The notes: generated from the letters alone by a model not told the origin. Shown: positions 18,005 to 26,053, counted from the stretch's first letter. The stretch is 42,715 bases of DNA from a virus (IMGVR_UViG_3300033417_000022:1-42715), one strand, 5' to 3'. Translations and numbers: made by a program.

Positions 18005-18354
18005 GGCTTGTCCTTCCAGCACGATTTCCCTTCGAACTTCGATCGTGTGTTTACCAGCGTACGACTACTTGATGCGGTCAGTACAACGGACACGAAGTGT
18101 TTCTCGGCACACGGGCAATAACACTTGAAGTATCCCGCATCCTTCAGAACGTTCCATCCCCGTTTCTCCGCCGCGCGTAGAAGCTTCTCATAATCCGGGT
18201 CGTTGTGCCGGGTGCGGGTTGCCTGCTTCTTCTTCGCCGCCGCCTTCGTCTTCCTCGCCTTCGCCTTCTTGGCCGCGCTCTTGGCGCGACGGGCTCGTTG
18301 CTTCTGGGCGTCAGCGCGTGCCTTCGCCTTCTGAGCGTCCTTCGGATCCCCCAT
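18001..18354 (-). CDS. Putative HicA-like toxin with Lys/Ala-rich N-terminal extension
   Basis: RH..DYEKLLRAAEKRGWNV...YFKCYCPC..H..SV.LT.S pattern; basic; extended -10 TGCTACGGT at 18374-18366. Confidence 0.55.
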   Translation of the reverse strand: MGDPKDAQKAKARADAQKQRARRAKSAAKKAKARKTKAAAKKKQATRTRHNDPDYEKLLRAAEKRGWNVLKDAGYFKCYCPCAEKHFVSVVLTASSSRTLVNTRSKFEGKSCWKDKP

Positions 18355-18429
18355 GCGAGCGGCCGACCGTAGCAGCCCTGTGGATATCTATGGGTTTGTC
18401 AAGTCACACATCACCGCGAGGAGACCCCC

Positions 18430-18543
18430 ATGTCCTTGATGCGGTTCCTGATCTACGTCGCGCTGGGCCTCGCCATCGTCCTGATGCTGGCGATCCTGGT
18501 CGGCGGTCACTGCGACTCGTCCATGGGTGCCGGGTTGTTCTGA
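18430..18543 (+). CDS. Small membrane protein (37 aa)
   Basis: RBS GAGGAG; MSLMRFLIYVALGLAIVLMLAILVGG is one TM segment. Confidence 0.55.
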   Translation: MSLMRFLIYVALGLAIVLMLAILVGGHCDSSMGAGLF

Positions 18544-18719
18544 TGACTTCCGTCGTCCACGACAACGGCGATCTGTGGGATGCAGCGGACATCCGCGCCC
18601 TACTCGACATGCACGGCAAGAACTGGACGTACGCGGTTTGCGCCGAACGTCTCGGCCGCACCGTGGGGGCCGTCCGCTCCAAGCTCTACCGGCTCCGATG
18701 CAAGGGCATCATCCAGTGA
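18543..18719 (+). CDS. Small HTH DNA-binding protein
   Basis: W...D...L....TYAVCAERLGRTVGAVRSKLYRL. Confidence 0.65.
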   Translation: MTSVVHDNGDLWDAADIRALLDMHGKNWTYAVCAERLGRTVGAVRSKLYRLRCKGIIQ

Positions 18720-18729
18720 GCGCCGCCTG

Positions 18730-19380
18730 ATGGTCTGGAGAGGCGACGGAACCGCCAAGCTCGCTCCCTGCCTGGTGAAGCTGATCGACGAGATCGACGC
18801 CCGCGCCCCCGGCAGGGATCGACGCAGCGACGGCTCGATCGGCGATCGGGCGCATGCGGCACGGACCAGCGACCACAACCCGAACGCGCAGGGGATCGTC
18901 ACCGCACTCGACATCACCGACGACCCCGGCAACCTCGCCGCCGATCTCGTCTACGACCGCGACGACTTCGACCCCGACGTGCTGTTCGAGCACCTCCGCC
19001 GCCGCCGTGACCCTCGCGTCAAGTACCTGATCAGCGATGACCGGGTCTGTTCAAGCTACGGCTCCCAGGCATGGCAGTGGCGCACCTACACCGGCCCGAA
19101 CCCGCACGACCGGCACGCCCACATCTCCGTCCTGGCCGACAAGGTCAACGACATATCGACATGGTTCCCCGAGGACCAGGAGGACGACATGACCCCCGAG
19201 CAGGCGCAGCAACTGGCAGACATCGCTGAGCGGGTGCGGCGCATCGAGCACGAGACCCGCACCCGCGAGGAACGGACCATCGAACTGGTCCAGGAGCTGC
19301 CGGCCAAGGTCCGCACGTCCGTCTACACGGCCCGTGACGGTCTGGCGAAGCTGATCCGCTCCATCCACGGCGACGGCTGA
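18730..19380 (+). CDS. Endolysin (Zn peptidase, M15-like)
   Basis: SDGSIGDRAH..RTSDHNP...ALDI...NPHDRHAHISV motifs; followed by membrane genes. Confidence 0.8.
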   Translation: MVWRGDGTAKLAPCLVKLIDEIDARAPGRDRRSDGSIGDRAHAARTSDHNPNAQGIVTALDITDDPGNLAADLVYDRDDFDPDVLFEHLRRRRDPRVKYLISDDRVCSSYGSQAWQWRTYTGPNPHDRHAHISVLADKVNDISTWFPEDQEDDMTPEQAQQLADIAERVRRIEHETRTREERTIELVQELPAKVRTSVYTARDGLAKLIRSIHGDG

Positions 19381-19382
19381 AT

Positions 19383-19652
19383 GTGGACCCGGCCGAGCTA
19401 CTCGCCAACTACGGCGCCATCGGCGTCATCCTGGCGCTGTTCCTCATGTGGGCGAAGCAACAACACGACCGGGAGGTCGAGCGGAGCCAGCATGTGCAGA
19501 AGCGCAGCGACGACCTCGTCGACGCCATTCACGGCGACCTCAGCCACGCGATCACAGAAGCAACGAAGGCGATCAAGGCGCGCGAAGAGTTCGAAGACCG
19601 GGTCTACGAAGTGCTCATCGACGTCCGCCGACTGCTGGAAGGTCGGCCATGA
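19383..19652 (+). CDS. Holin-like membrane protein
   Basis: N-terminal TM (YGAIGVILALFLMW) followed by a coiled coil; follows the endolysin. Confidence 0.55.
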   Translation: MDPAELLANYGAIGVILALFLMWAKQQHDREVERSQHVQKRSDDLVDAIHGDLSHAITEATKAIKAREEFEDRVYEVLIDVRRLLEGRP

Positions 19653-19807
19653 GGCTCCCGTGGGTCGTCCGCAACCGGCACGAAGAGGAGCGGGCAGCAG
19701 AACAACGGGTTTCCGCCGCCCGCTCACACCTACGAATCGTGATCAACGAGCTGGAGCGCACCGTCTCCCGGCTCGAGGACAAACTGCGGGGGCTGGCGAA
19801 TGAGTGA
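19649..19807 (+). CDS. Small coiled-coil protein of the lysis cassette
   Basis: ATGA coupling to the upstream gene. Confidence 0.5.
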   Translation: MRLPWVVRNRHEEERAAEQRVSAARSHLRIVINELERTVSRLEDKLRGLANE

Positions 19808-20171
19808 GGCGATGCTCGAACTGGTGGACGAGCTGAAGGCGGTACGGCTGGAGCTCGGGAAGGTGCTCAACCGGCTGGACACACTCGACCGCCACGCCCG
19901 CACCGAACGGAAGCGAGCCTGGTGGCACCGTGGCGTGTCCGCCGCGATCGTCGTCCTGGTGATCGGTCTCGGCCTGGTGGCGTGGGAACAGCACCGCTCC
20001 CGGTCTGAGTCGTGCGAGGCCATCCGTGAAGCGTTCGACGTCTACACCGACGCCCTCGCGGGGTTCTCGTCCGACGGATCCGACCGCACCCCCGAACAGC
20101 AGGACCAGTTCGACCAGCGCGTCGTCGTGTTCCGTGCCGAGATCCAGACGCGCCTCGCGGCGTGCAAGTGA
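19800..20171 (+). CDS. Membrane protein (lysis cassette)
   Basis: One central TM segment. Confidence 0.6.
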   Translation: MSEAMLELVDELKAVRLELGKVLNRLDTLDRHARTERKRAWWHRGVSAAIVVLVIGLGLVAWEQHRSRSESCEAIREAFDVYTDALAGFSSDGSDRTPEQQDQFDQRVVVFRAEIQTRLAACK

Positions 20172-20386
20172 CAGGAGACATCGTGAACGCAGTCACCAAC
20201 ACACTGGCCCCGTACTCGAAGGCCATCTCGATCGCCGTCCTGATCGCCGTGGTCCTCGTGGCCGACGCCAACGGCGTGGACGTACCCGTCGACGTGGACG
20301 GGCTGTGGGAGCACCTGCTGGCAATCCTCGTCCCGACCGCCGCTGTGTACATCGCACCCCGCAACAAGCCGTCAATCCGAAACTAA
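20168..20386 (+). CDS. Holin-like protein (2 TM)
   Basis: YSKAISIAVLIAVVLVA and LLAILVPTAAVYIAPRN; alternative start at 20183. Confidence 0.6.
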   Translation: MTGDIVNAVTNTLAPYSKAISIAVLIAVVLVADANGVDVPVDVDGLWEHLLAILVPTAAVYIAPRNKPSIRN

Positions 20387-20396
20387 GGAGACCCAA

Positions 20397-20777
20397 ATGG
20401 CAAAGTTCACAAGTGACTCGGTACTCGATGCGGCTCTGGCCGAGACGGCTACCGCCACCCGACTGAGCGTGACGACCGCGCAGCCAGCGAACTTCGCGGG
20501 CATCGCTGCCGTCAGTCTCGGCAATGTCACGATCACCGACGGGCTCGGCGGCGGGGACTTCTCCGCGGCCACCGACGGCGACACGTCGGGTCGCAAGACG
20601 ACGCTGGCCGCGCAGGTCATCGCGTCAGCCGACGACGACGGCGACGCCACGCACATCTGCCTCGACGACGGGACCACGCTCCTGCACGTCACCACCTGCA
20701 CGTCGCAAGCGGTCACTTCCGGGAACCAGGTGAACGTCCCGGCGTTCGACATCGAGTTCCTCGACGTGACCGCCTGA
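20397..20777 (+). CDS. Virion structural protein of the accessory fibre module
   Basis: RBS AAGGAG; beta-rich with DGDTSGRK...GDATHICL...VNVPAFDI; first gene of the fibre cluster. Confidence 0.55.
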   Translation: MAKFTSDSVLDAALAETATATRLSVTTAQPANFAGIAAVSLGNVTITDGLGGGDFSAATDGDTSGRKTTLAAQVIASADDDGDATHICLDDGTTLLHVTTCTSQAVTSGNQVNVPAFDIEFLDVTA

Positions 20778-20781
20778 GTAG

Positions 20782-21066
20782 GTGACCTGCACAGGGGACG
20801 GCGTCAACGGCCAGCACTGCTGTTGGGTCGACGGTGCCCGGTGCAGGTTCCTCGAGGACAACGTCGACGGCCGCCGCTTCGCCTGCGGTCTCCGTCGCCG
20901 ACTCGGGTCATGGGATGCGGTCCACGCCGACCCCGGCTACCTCGAACACGTCCAACCGCACTGGGACCGGGTCGGCATCGAGTCGTGCGGGGCGTGGGGT
21001 CCAGGGTCCGACCAGTGCTGCTATCGGGAGGTGACTGTTGGCAACCCTGACCCCGCTCGCTCCTGA
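20782..21066 (+). CDS. Small 8-Cys protein (possible Fe-S or Zn binding)
   Basis: C..CC..C.FL...C...C..CC spacing, reminiscent of YkgJ/CxxCxxCC proteins. Confidence 0.5.
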   Translation: MTCTGDGVNGQHCCWVDGARCRFLEDNVDGRRFACGLRRRLGSWDAVHADPGYLEHVQPHWDRVGIESCGAWGPGSDQCCYREVTVGNPDPARS

Positions 21067-22939
21067 CGCCGACGGCACCCTCACCGGGGTCACGGACCAG
21101 GCCGGCGGCACGACGGACCTGTACGTCGTCGTCACCGACGGGCTGGACTCCACGTACCTGCATCCCGGCATCGACTCCAGCGGGGAGATCCTGCTGCGCC
21201 TGTCGGACGTGGACGGGGACTTCGGCAGCATGGACACCCTGGCGGGGGCGTTCCGGGTCCGGTTGAACGGCACCGCATCCGACGACACGTCGATCCTGTT
21301 CGCGCAGGTGTTCGACGGCAACGCCACCACCACCGCGTTGACCAACGAGGTCACCGTCGCCACCGAATCCACGGCCGGTTCGACGTTCAACGCCAAGACC
21401 CCAGCGTTCACGATCACGGGCACCCCGACGAAGGCCCAGTGGAACAACGCCTACCTGCGGTTGCGGTGGACGTACTCGAAGTCGATGGCGTCGGACGGCA
21501 TCGAGATCCAGGCATCTGAAGCGCACCTGACCGGGACGTACACGGAAGCCACCGGCGTCGACCTGGTCCCCGCCGACCTGAGCCACGGCCACGCACTCGA
21601 CCCGGTCACGTTGACCCAGGACCACGACCTTGTCGTTGCGGATCTCGCCCACGCGCACACGGTCGACGGTGACCTGACGATCGCAGCGGCCACGGCCGGG
21701 TACTCGATGGGTTACACGGCCGGCTATGCGCCGGTTGCTGGTCCGGTCGACCTGACCGTCTCTGACCTGAGCCATTCGCACGCTCTCGACTCGGTCGCTC
21801 TGTCGCAGACGCACGAACTGACCGCAGCGGACCTCGCACACGGCCACCAGATCGACACAGTGGCGCTCTCCCAAGACCACGACCTCACGGTGGCGGAACT
21901 CGCCCACGAGCACACGCTCGACGCTGTAGCGGTCACCCAGAACCACGAACTGACAGCGTCGGACCTCGAACACGCTCACGGTCTCGACGCCGTTGCAATC
22001 ACCCAGGCTCACGTCCTCTCGGTTGACGGCCTGGCCCACGGCCACTCCATCGACGACGCGTCGATCACGCAGACACACGGACTCGCGGTCGAAGGCCTCG
22101 ACCACGCCCACACACTTGATGCGGCCACGCTCACCCAGACGCACGAGCTGACCGCTAACGACCTGGCGCACCCGCACAGCATCGACTCGGTGACGCTCGG
22201 CACCGAAGGCACCCTCGCTGTCTCCGGGCTACGTCACGGCCACGCGCTCGATTCGGTCACGGTCACGCAAGACCACGACCTCACGGTCTCGGATCTGGCG
22301 CACGGCCACGAGCTCGCCGAAGTCTCGCTCTCCGTCGAAACCTCCCTCTCGGTCGAAGACCTGGCTCACGCGCACAACCTGGACGCCGTCACGCTCACCC
22401 AAGATCACGGGTTGTCGGTCGCAGACCTGGACCACGGCCACACCATCGACTCGGTAGTGCTCACAGCCGAAGACACCCTTGCCGTCGACGACCTGGCACA
22501 CGGCCACAGTCTCGACGCGGTTGCGATCACCCAGTCGCACGTCCTGTCGGTCGCGGATCTCGCCCACAGCCACATCATCGACTCGGTCACCATCTCCACC
22601 GAAGCGAACGAAGTCGACCTCGTCGTCGCCGACCTCAGCCACGAGCACAGCATCGAGGGGCTGACCTTCACCCAGGTCCACGTCCTCGAGCCTGCGGACC
22701 TGGACCACGGCCACACGCTCGATTCGCTGGTCCTGGCGCAGATCCATGCGCTCACTGTCTCCGAACTGGACCACGCGCACACCGTCGACGCAGTCGTCGT
22801 TGCCGTCATCGACCCGACCTCAACCCCTGCCGAACGAATCTTCGTCATCACGGCAGAGGGCCGGGTGTTCGTGGTGGATGCAGAGAACCGAATCCTGACG
22901 GTCCCGGCCGAGGCCCGGACCCTGACCGCAGCGAGGTAA
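21038..22939 (+). CDS. Fibre protein with 22-aa HxH repeats
   Basis: TTG start with RBS GGAGGTG; 18 HxH motifs; C-terminal AE.R repeats; followed by an adaptor-like gene. Confidence 0.75.
   Translation: MATLTPLAPDADGTLTGVTDQAGGTTDLYVVVTDGLDSTYLHPGIDSSGEILLRLSDVDGDFGSMDTLAGAFRVRLNGTASDDTSILFAQVFDGNATTTALTNEVTVATESTAGSTFNAKTPAFTITGTPTKAQWNNAYLRLRWTYSKSMASDGIEIQASEAHLTGTYTEATGVDLVPADLSHGHALDPVTLTQDHDLVVADLAHAHTVDGDLTIAAATAGYSMGYTAGYAPVAGPVDLTVSDLSHSHALDSVALSQTHELTAADLAHGHQIDTVALSQDHDLTVAELAHEHTLDAVAVTQNHELTASDLEHAHGLDAVAITQAHVLSVDGLAHGHSIDDASITQTHGLAVEGLDHAHTLDAATLTQTHELTANDLAHPHSIDSVTLGTEGTLAVSGLRHGHALDSVTVTQDHDLTVSDLAHGHELAEVSLSVETSLSVEDLAHAHNLDAVTLTQDHGLSVADLDHGHTIDSVVLTAEDTLAVDDLAHGHSLDAVAITQSHVLSVADLAHSHIIDSVTISTEANEVDLVVADLSHEHSIEGLTFTQVHVLEPADLDHGHTLDSLVLAQIHALTVSELDHAHTVDAVVVAVIDPTSTPAERIFVITAEGRVFVVDAENRILTVPAEARTLTAAR
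21559..22790 (+). repeat. Degenerate 66-bp / 22-aa tandem repeats, consensus DLtVaDLaHgHtlDaVtltQtH
   Basis: Read directly from the translation. Confidence 0.9.
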
Positions 22940-22942
22940 CGC

Positions 22943-23215
22943 ATGGCGAACACGTTCCTGAAGGACCCCGAAGCCGTCCTCGATTTCGGGTTCTCGTGGG
23001 CCTCGTGGCTCGCAGACGCCGAGACGATCTCGGACCACACGATCACCGTCCCCGACGGGATCACGCTCGACTCGTCCAGCGAAAGCGACGGCGTCGTCAC
23101 CGCGTGGCTGTCGGGTGGTACGGCAGGCACGAACTACAGCGTCGAATGCCTGATCGTGACGACTGCGGGGCGCACCGATGAACGCTCGATTCGCGTGTAT
23201 GTGAGGGAACGATGA
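22943..23215 (+). CDS. Fibre-tail adaptor-like protein
   Basis: KDPEAVLDFGFSW..WL...WLSGG..G..Y...C.IVT..GRTDERS motif of small phage adaptors. Confidence 0.7.
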   Translation: MANTFLKDPEAVLDFGFSWASWLADAETISDHTITVPDGITLDSSSESDGVVTAWLSGGTAGTNYSVECLIVTTAGRTDERSIRVYVRER

Positions 23216-23949
23216 CCGACCTTCCCGTCAACATCGACAGCACCTACGCAGACGACGGCGAGGACGCGTCGGTACAGGAGCACCAGGAGCACCACGACAC
23301 CCTCCACGCCCTGCACAACGCCATCGACGGGGCGTCTTCAGATCCGTCGTCCGTTGGTCTCGCCGCTCTCGACGGGGCGACGTTCACCGGAGCGGTGCTG
23401 CTACCGGACGGCTCGACTTCGGCACCGGCCATAGCGTTCGCCGCCGACCCGGACACCGGCGTTAGCTGGGTGTCCGCCAATCGCGGCGAGCTTGTGGCCG
23501 GCGGTGCGCGAATCATGTCGTGGCGGGGGACTGACGTCCTGCCGGGTGACGACGGTACCATCGATCTCGGCATCCCGGCGCTGCGGTGGAAGAACATATC
23601 CCTGTCGGGCGAGGTGAAGGACGGTTCCGGGAATACCAAGTACGCCAAAGCTGACGGCGAGTACGCGGTCAACACCGTCGCCGCCTCCGGTTCCACCGAG
23701 ACCCTGACCCTCGCGCCGGCCCACGACGTGACGATGGACGAGTCCTGCACCTTCACGTTCCCATCGCCCACAGCGGGCCACACGTTCCTGCTGCTGCTGT
23801 CGGGGGCGTTCACGCCGACGTTCCCGGCCTCGGTCGATTGGGACTCAGCCACCGCCCCCACCTACGAATCGCCGAGTCTGTACGGGTTCACGACGCTGGA
23901 CGGCGGCACGACCTGGGTCGGCACACTCGTGGCATCGGGGCTCGGATGA
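23212..23949 (+). CDS. Tail fibre-like protein
   Basis: PAIAFAADPDTG shaft motif; C-terminal TFPASVDW..ATAPT...YGFTTLDGGTTW domain. Confidence 0.7.
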   Translation: MTDLPVNIDSTYADDGEDASVQEHQEHHDTLHALHNAIDGASSDPSSVGLAALDGATFTGAVLLPDGSTSAPAIAFAADPDTGVSWVSANRGELVAGGARIMSWRGTDVLPGDDGTIDLGIPALRWKNISLSGEVKDGSGNTKYAKADGEYAVNTVAASGSTETLTLAPAHDVTMDESCTFTFPSPTAGHTFLLLLSGAFTPTFPASVDWDSATAPTYESPSLYGFTTLDGGTTWVGTLVASGLG

Positions 23950-24623
23950 GCGTCCGGCAGATGATGATGGGCCGCAAGCCGGTAGCCGGCGGTGGCGTGG
24001 ATTGGCGTGACTACCTGTACGACTACTGGATCGTCGACGACGCCGTGTCATCGACTGATCTGGCGTCGGCGAACGGGCTGCTCCCCGATTTGCCCGTGGA
24101 TGTGGTGGATTCCGACGGCTTCTACCTGACGGCCGGTCAGTCCTTCACGACAGGGATTAGCAGTATCCACGGTGTTGTGGCTGTTGTCTCGTCCCTCGGA
24201 TTAGGGCCGGGGCAGAACAACCCTATTGCGGACGTGGCCTACTCGGGCGGGTGGGTCATAAACGTCCGCTGGGGGTTCGGGACCTCACCCCCGAGCTGGC
24301 CTTACAGCATCTCGTCAGGTTCGACACGTGCTGGTGTCGGCAAGCACCCTGACCGAGAGCTGGACGCGGGCGAAACGGGCGTCATGGCATCGGGCCGGGA
24401 CGCTGGTGATGCCCGCACCTTCATCCTGCCGGATGACTCGGGGACCGAGGAATGGACCGGGACAGGCTTTAACACGGGCGTGTCGCACCTTTCGGTTGGG
24501 GTCAGCTCGCTGCGCGAGTTCGGCAGCACGAACCTCCGCTACAAGATGGTCGGATTCCTCACTGGACGTCCCGAACGGGACGTGATCGACGCCCTCTGGG
24601 CAGAGTACGGAGTGTCACTGTGA
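23946..24623 (+). CDS. Putative receptor-binding / fibre-tip protein
   Basis: Coupled to the fibre gene; beta-rich; visibly more A/T-ending codons. Confidence 0.5.
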   Translation: MSVRQMMMGRKPVAGGGVDWRDYLYDYWIVDDAVSSTDLASANGLLPDLPVDVVDSDGFYLTAGQSFTTGISSIHGVVAVVSSLGLGPGQNNPIADVAYSGGWVINVRWGFGTSPPSWPYSISSGSTRAGVGKHPDRELDAGETGVMASGRDAGDARTFILPDDSGTEEWTGTGFNTGVSHLSVGVSSLREFGSTNLRYKMVGFLTGRPERDVIDALWAEYGVSL

Positions 24624-25078
24624 CCTACGCCCAGATCGTCGACGACACAATCCAATCGGTGGGACGGCTCCCCAACTCGGCCCGCCGTCTCGACGACGGA
24701 GCGTGGGTCATGGGCCTGGCCGACGCGTCTGTGGAGCTCCAGCAGGCCACCGGTTGGTTCGAGGTGGTCGACGTTCCACGGCCCGACGACACTGCCACGA
24801 CCACCCACGACCACAGCATCGAACTGCTCGACGGCACCCCCACGGTCGTGTGGACGGAGCGGGACAAGACGCCCGACGAACTGGCGAACGAACAGGAGCA
24901 GGACAACCGCACGGCGATCGAGGCCAACCTGGCTGACGACCTGATCGCCATCCAGGCGATCATCGACTCGACTAATGCCGACATCAACTCGAATCCCGCA
25001 GCCCGCATCAAGACGATGGCTCGGATGCTGCGCCGCCTCGGCCGCTTCGCCGTGAATGACTTGTCCGGCACCGACTAG
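24620..25078 (+). CDS. Tail fibre assembly-like protein
   Basis: GWFEVVDVPRP...VVWTERDKT.DEL plus C-terminal helices; last gene before the terminator. Confidence 0.55.
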   Translation: MTYAQIVDDTIQSVGRLPNSARRLDDGAWVMGLADASVELQQATGWFEVVDVPRPDDTATTTHDHSIELLDGTPTVVWTERDKTPDELANEQEQDNRTAIEANLADDLIAIQAIIDSTNADINSNPAARIKTMARMLRRLGRFAVNDLSGTD

Positions 25079-25103
25079 CTCGACTCCCCCCTGGTCGACG
25101 TTC

Positions 25104-25133
25104 AGCGCCTCGCCTTCGGGCGGGGCGCTTTTG
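25104..25133 (+). terminator. Rho-independent terminator of the late operon
   Basis: AGCGCCTCGCC-TTCG-GGCGGGGCGCT-TTT. Confidence 0.85.
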
Positions 25134-25163
25134 CGTTTTCGGGCTTCTCTGTAGGGGTGACAG

Positions 25164-25511
25164 TCACGCCACCATCCGTTTCGATCGTGGAGGACGCGGC
25201 AGCGGTGTCCGCTCCGCATCCGGCACTCCGAGCCGCACGGCCACTTCCTTGCCGACCCTCGCCGCGCCTTCCGCGGTCCCCTGCCTGTCGACCAGCGGCT
25301 CCCACGACCACAGCAGCTCTTTCCAGAACCTCGCGAGCGCATCGCCTGACGGGTCCACCACGTCCCCGCAGTCCGCGCAGCACACTCGTTCGTGGCTGCA
25401 CTCCAGCATCCCGCGCAGCGCCTGCTGCACCAGAGCGGAGACGTTCAGGTCGGGGAGTCGTTCCTTCACCCTCCGGGCCAAGTCGTCGGGCACATGGACG
25501 TTCACTCGCAC
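25164..25511 (-). CDS. Ribbon-helix-helix (CcdA-like) regulator with Cys-rich insert
   Basis: MRVNVHVPDDLARRVK..LPDLNVSALVQQAL followed by C....CC.DC; GGAG RBS. Confidence 0.65.
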   Translation of the reverse strand: MRVNVHVPDDLARRVKERLPDLNVSALVQQALRGMLECSHERVCCADCGDVVDPSGDALARFWKELLWSWEPLVDRQGTAEGAARVGKEVAVRLGVPDAERTPLPRPPRSKRMVA

Positions 25512-25530
25512 TGGTCCGTCTCCGTTCCAC

Positions 25531-25585
25531 CGATACACAACAGTTGCGCAATACGTCGTCCGCGTTGCGCAACGAGGGTGTATCG
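25531..25585. promoter_or_regulatory. Inverted repeat CGATACAC-N4-GTTGCGCAA-N13-TTGCGCAAC-N4-GTGTATCG (putative operator)
   Basis: 17 of 21 positions symmetric; lies upstream of the RHH gene. Confidence 0.6.
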
Positions 25586-25631
25586 AATTGGCACGGGGAG
25601 TGCCCGAAGACTGCCGGTTCTTCCGGTTTCA

Positions 25632-25958
25632 CTAAGCAGCGAGTTCAAAGGTTGGTTCAAAGAGGTCCAGTTGCACCCCAGTGGACAGTCCGTGGATTAC
25701 CGGCGTTCCCTCAGAATCGGTCGCCCCGACGAACCATTCGAGCGGCCAGCCAGTGACCTGACCCCACTCGACCACCGACTTGAACGGTGGCTGCTGTGAG
25801 TTGTTCTCCCACGCGGAGATGGTGGGACGGGACACGCCGAGGGCAGTTGCCATGAACGCCTGGCTCAGTCGGCCACGGTGAGATTGGACACGCGCCTTGC
25901 GGAGCGCATCGCCGAGTGTGAACTGCTGCGTTGTGGTGGTGATGTCAGATGTGGACAT
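25632..25958 (-). CDS. Immunity repressor (XRE HTH)
   Basis: LGDALRKAR...LSQAFMATALGVSRPTISAWEN...P; divergent from the cro-like gene. Confidence 0.85.
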   Translation of the reverse strand: MSTSDITTTTQQFTLGDALRKARVQSHRGRLSQAFMATALGVSRPTISAWENNSQQPPFKSVVEWGQVTGWPLEWFVGATDSEGTPVIHGLSTGVQLDLFEPTFELAA

Positions 25959-25965
25959 GGTGGCA

Positions 25966-25994
25966 ATCGTAAAGGTTCTCCACGGTTTCCACAA
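25966..25994 (-). promoter_or_regulatory. Repressor promoter (probably leaderless)
   Basis: TTGTGG-17-TACGAT, with the ATG 7 nt downstream. Confidence 0.6.
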
Positions 25995-26020
25995 GTAGTA
26001 CCCAATGTGTGGATGGAATG

Positions 26021-26053
26021 ACGGTTGACAGGATTCCTTACAACCGTTACGTT
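26021..26053 (+). promoter_or_regulatory. Early lytic promoter overlapped by a 27-bp palindromic operator
   Basis: TTGACA(26025-30)-17-TACGTT(26048-53); palindrome ACGGTTGACAGGA-T-TCCTTACAACCGT. Confidence 0.8.

Larger units (their letters stand above)
16352..18415 (+). mobile_element. Remnant IS1595-family element with passenger genes; right end inferred at about 18392-18415
   Basis: Transposase fragment followed by non-phage cargo on both strands; GGGTTTGTCAAGTCACACATCACC precedes resumption of the phage late operon; no matching left end found. Confidence 0.55.

Noticed and set aside
20804-22177. 457-aa repetitive minus-strand ORF
   Set aside because: Mirror of the HxH repeat fibre gene
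21559-22790. Periodic DNA repeats as a CRISPR array or DGR
   Set aside because: Repeats are in-frame, degenerate 66-bp coding units without unique spacers; no cas or reverse transcriptase gene is present
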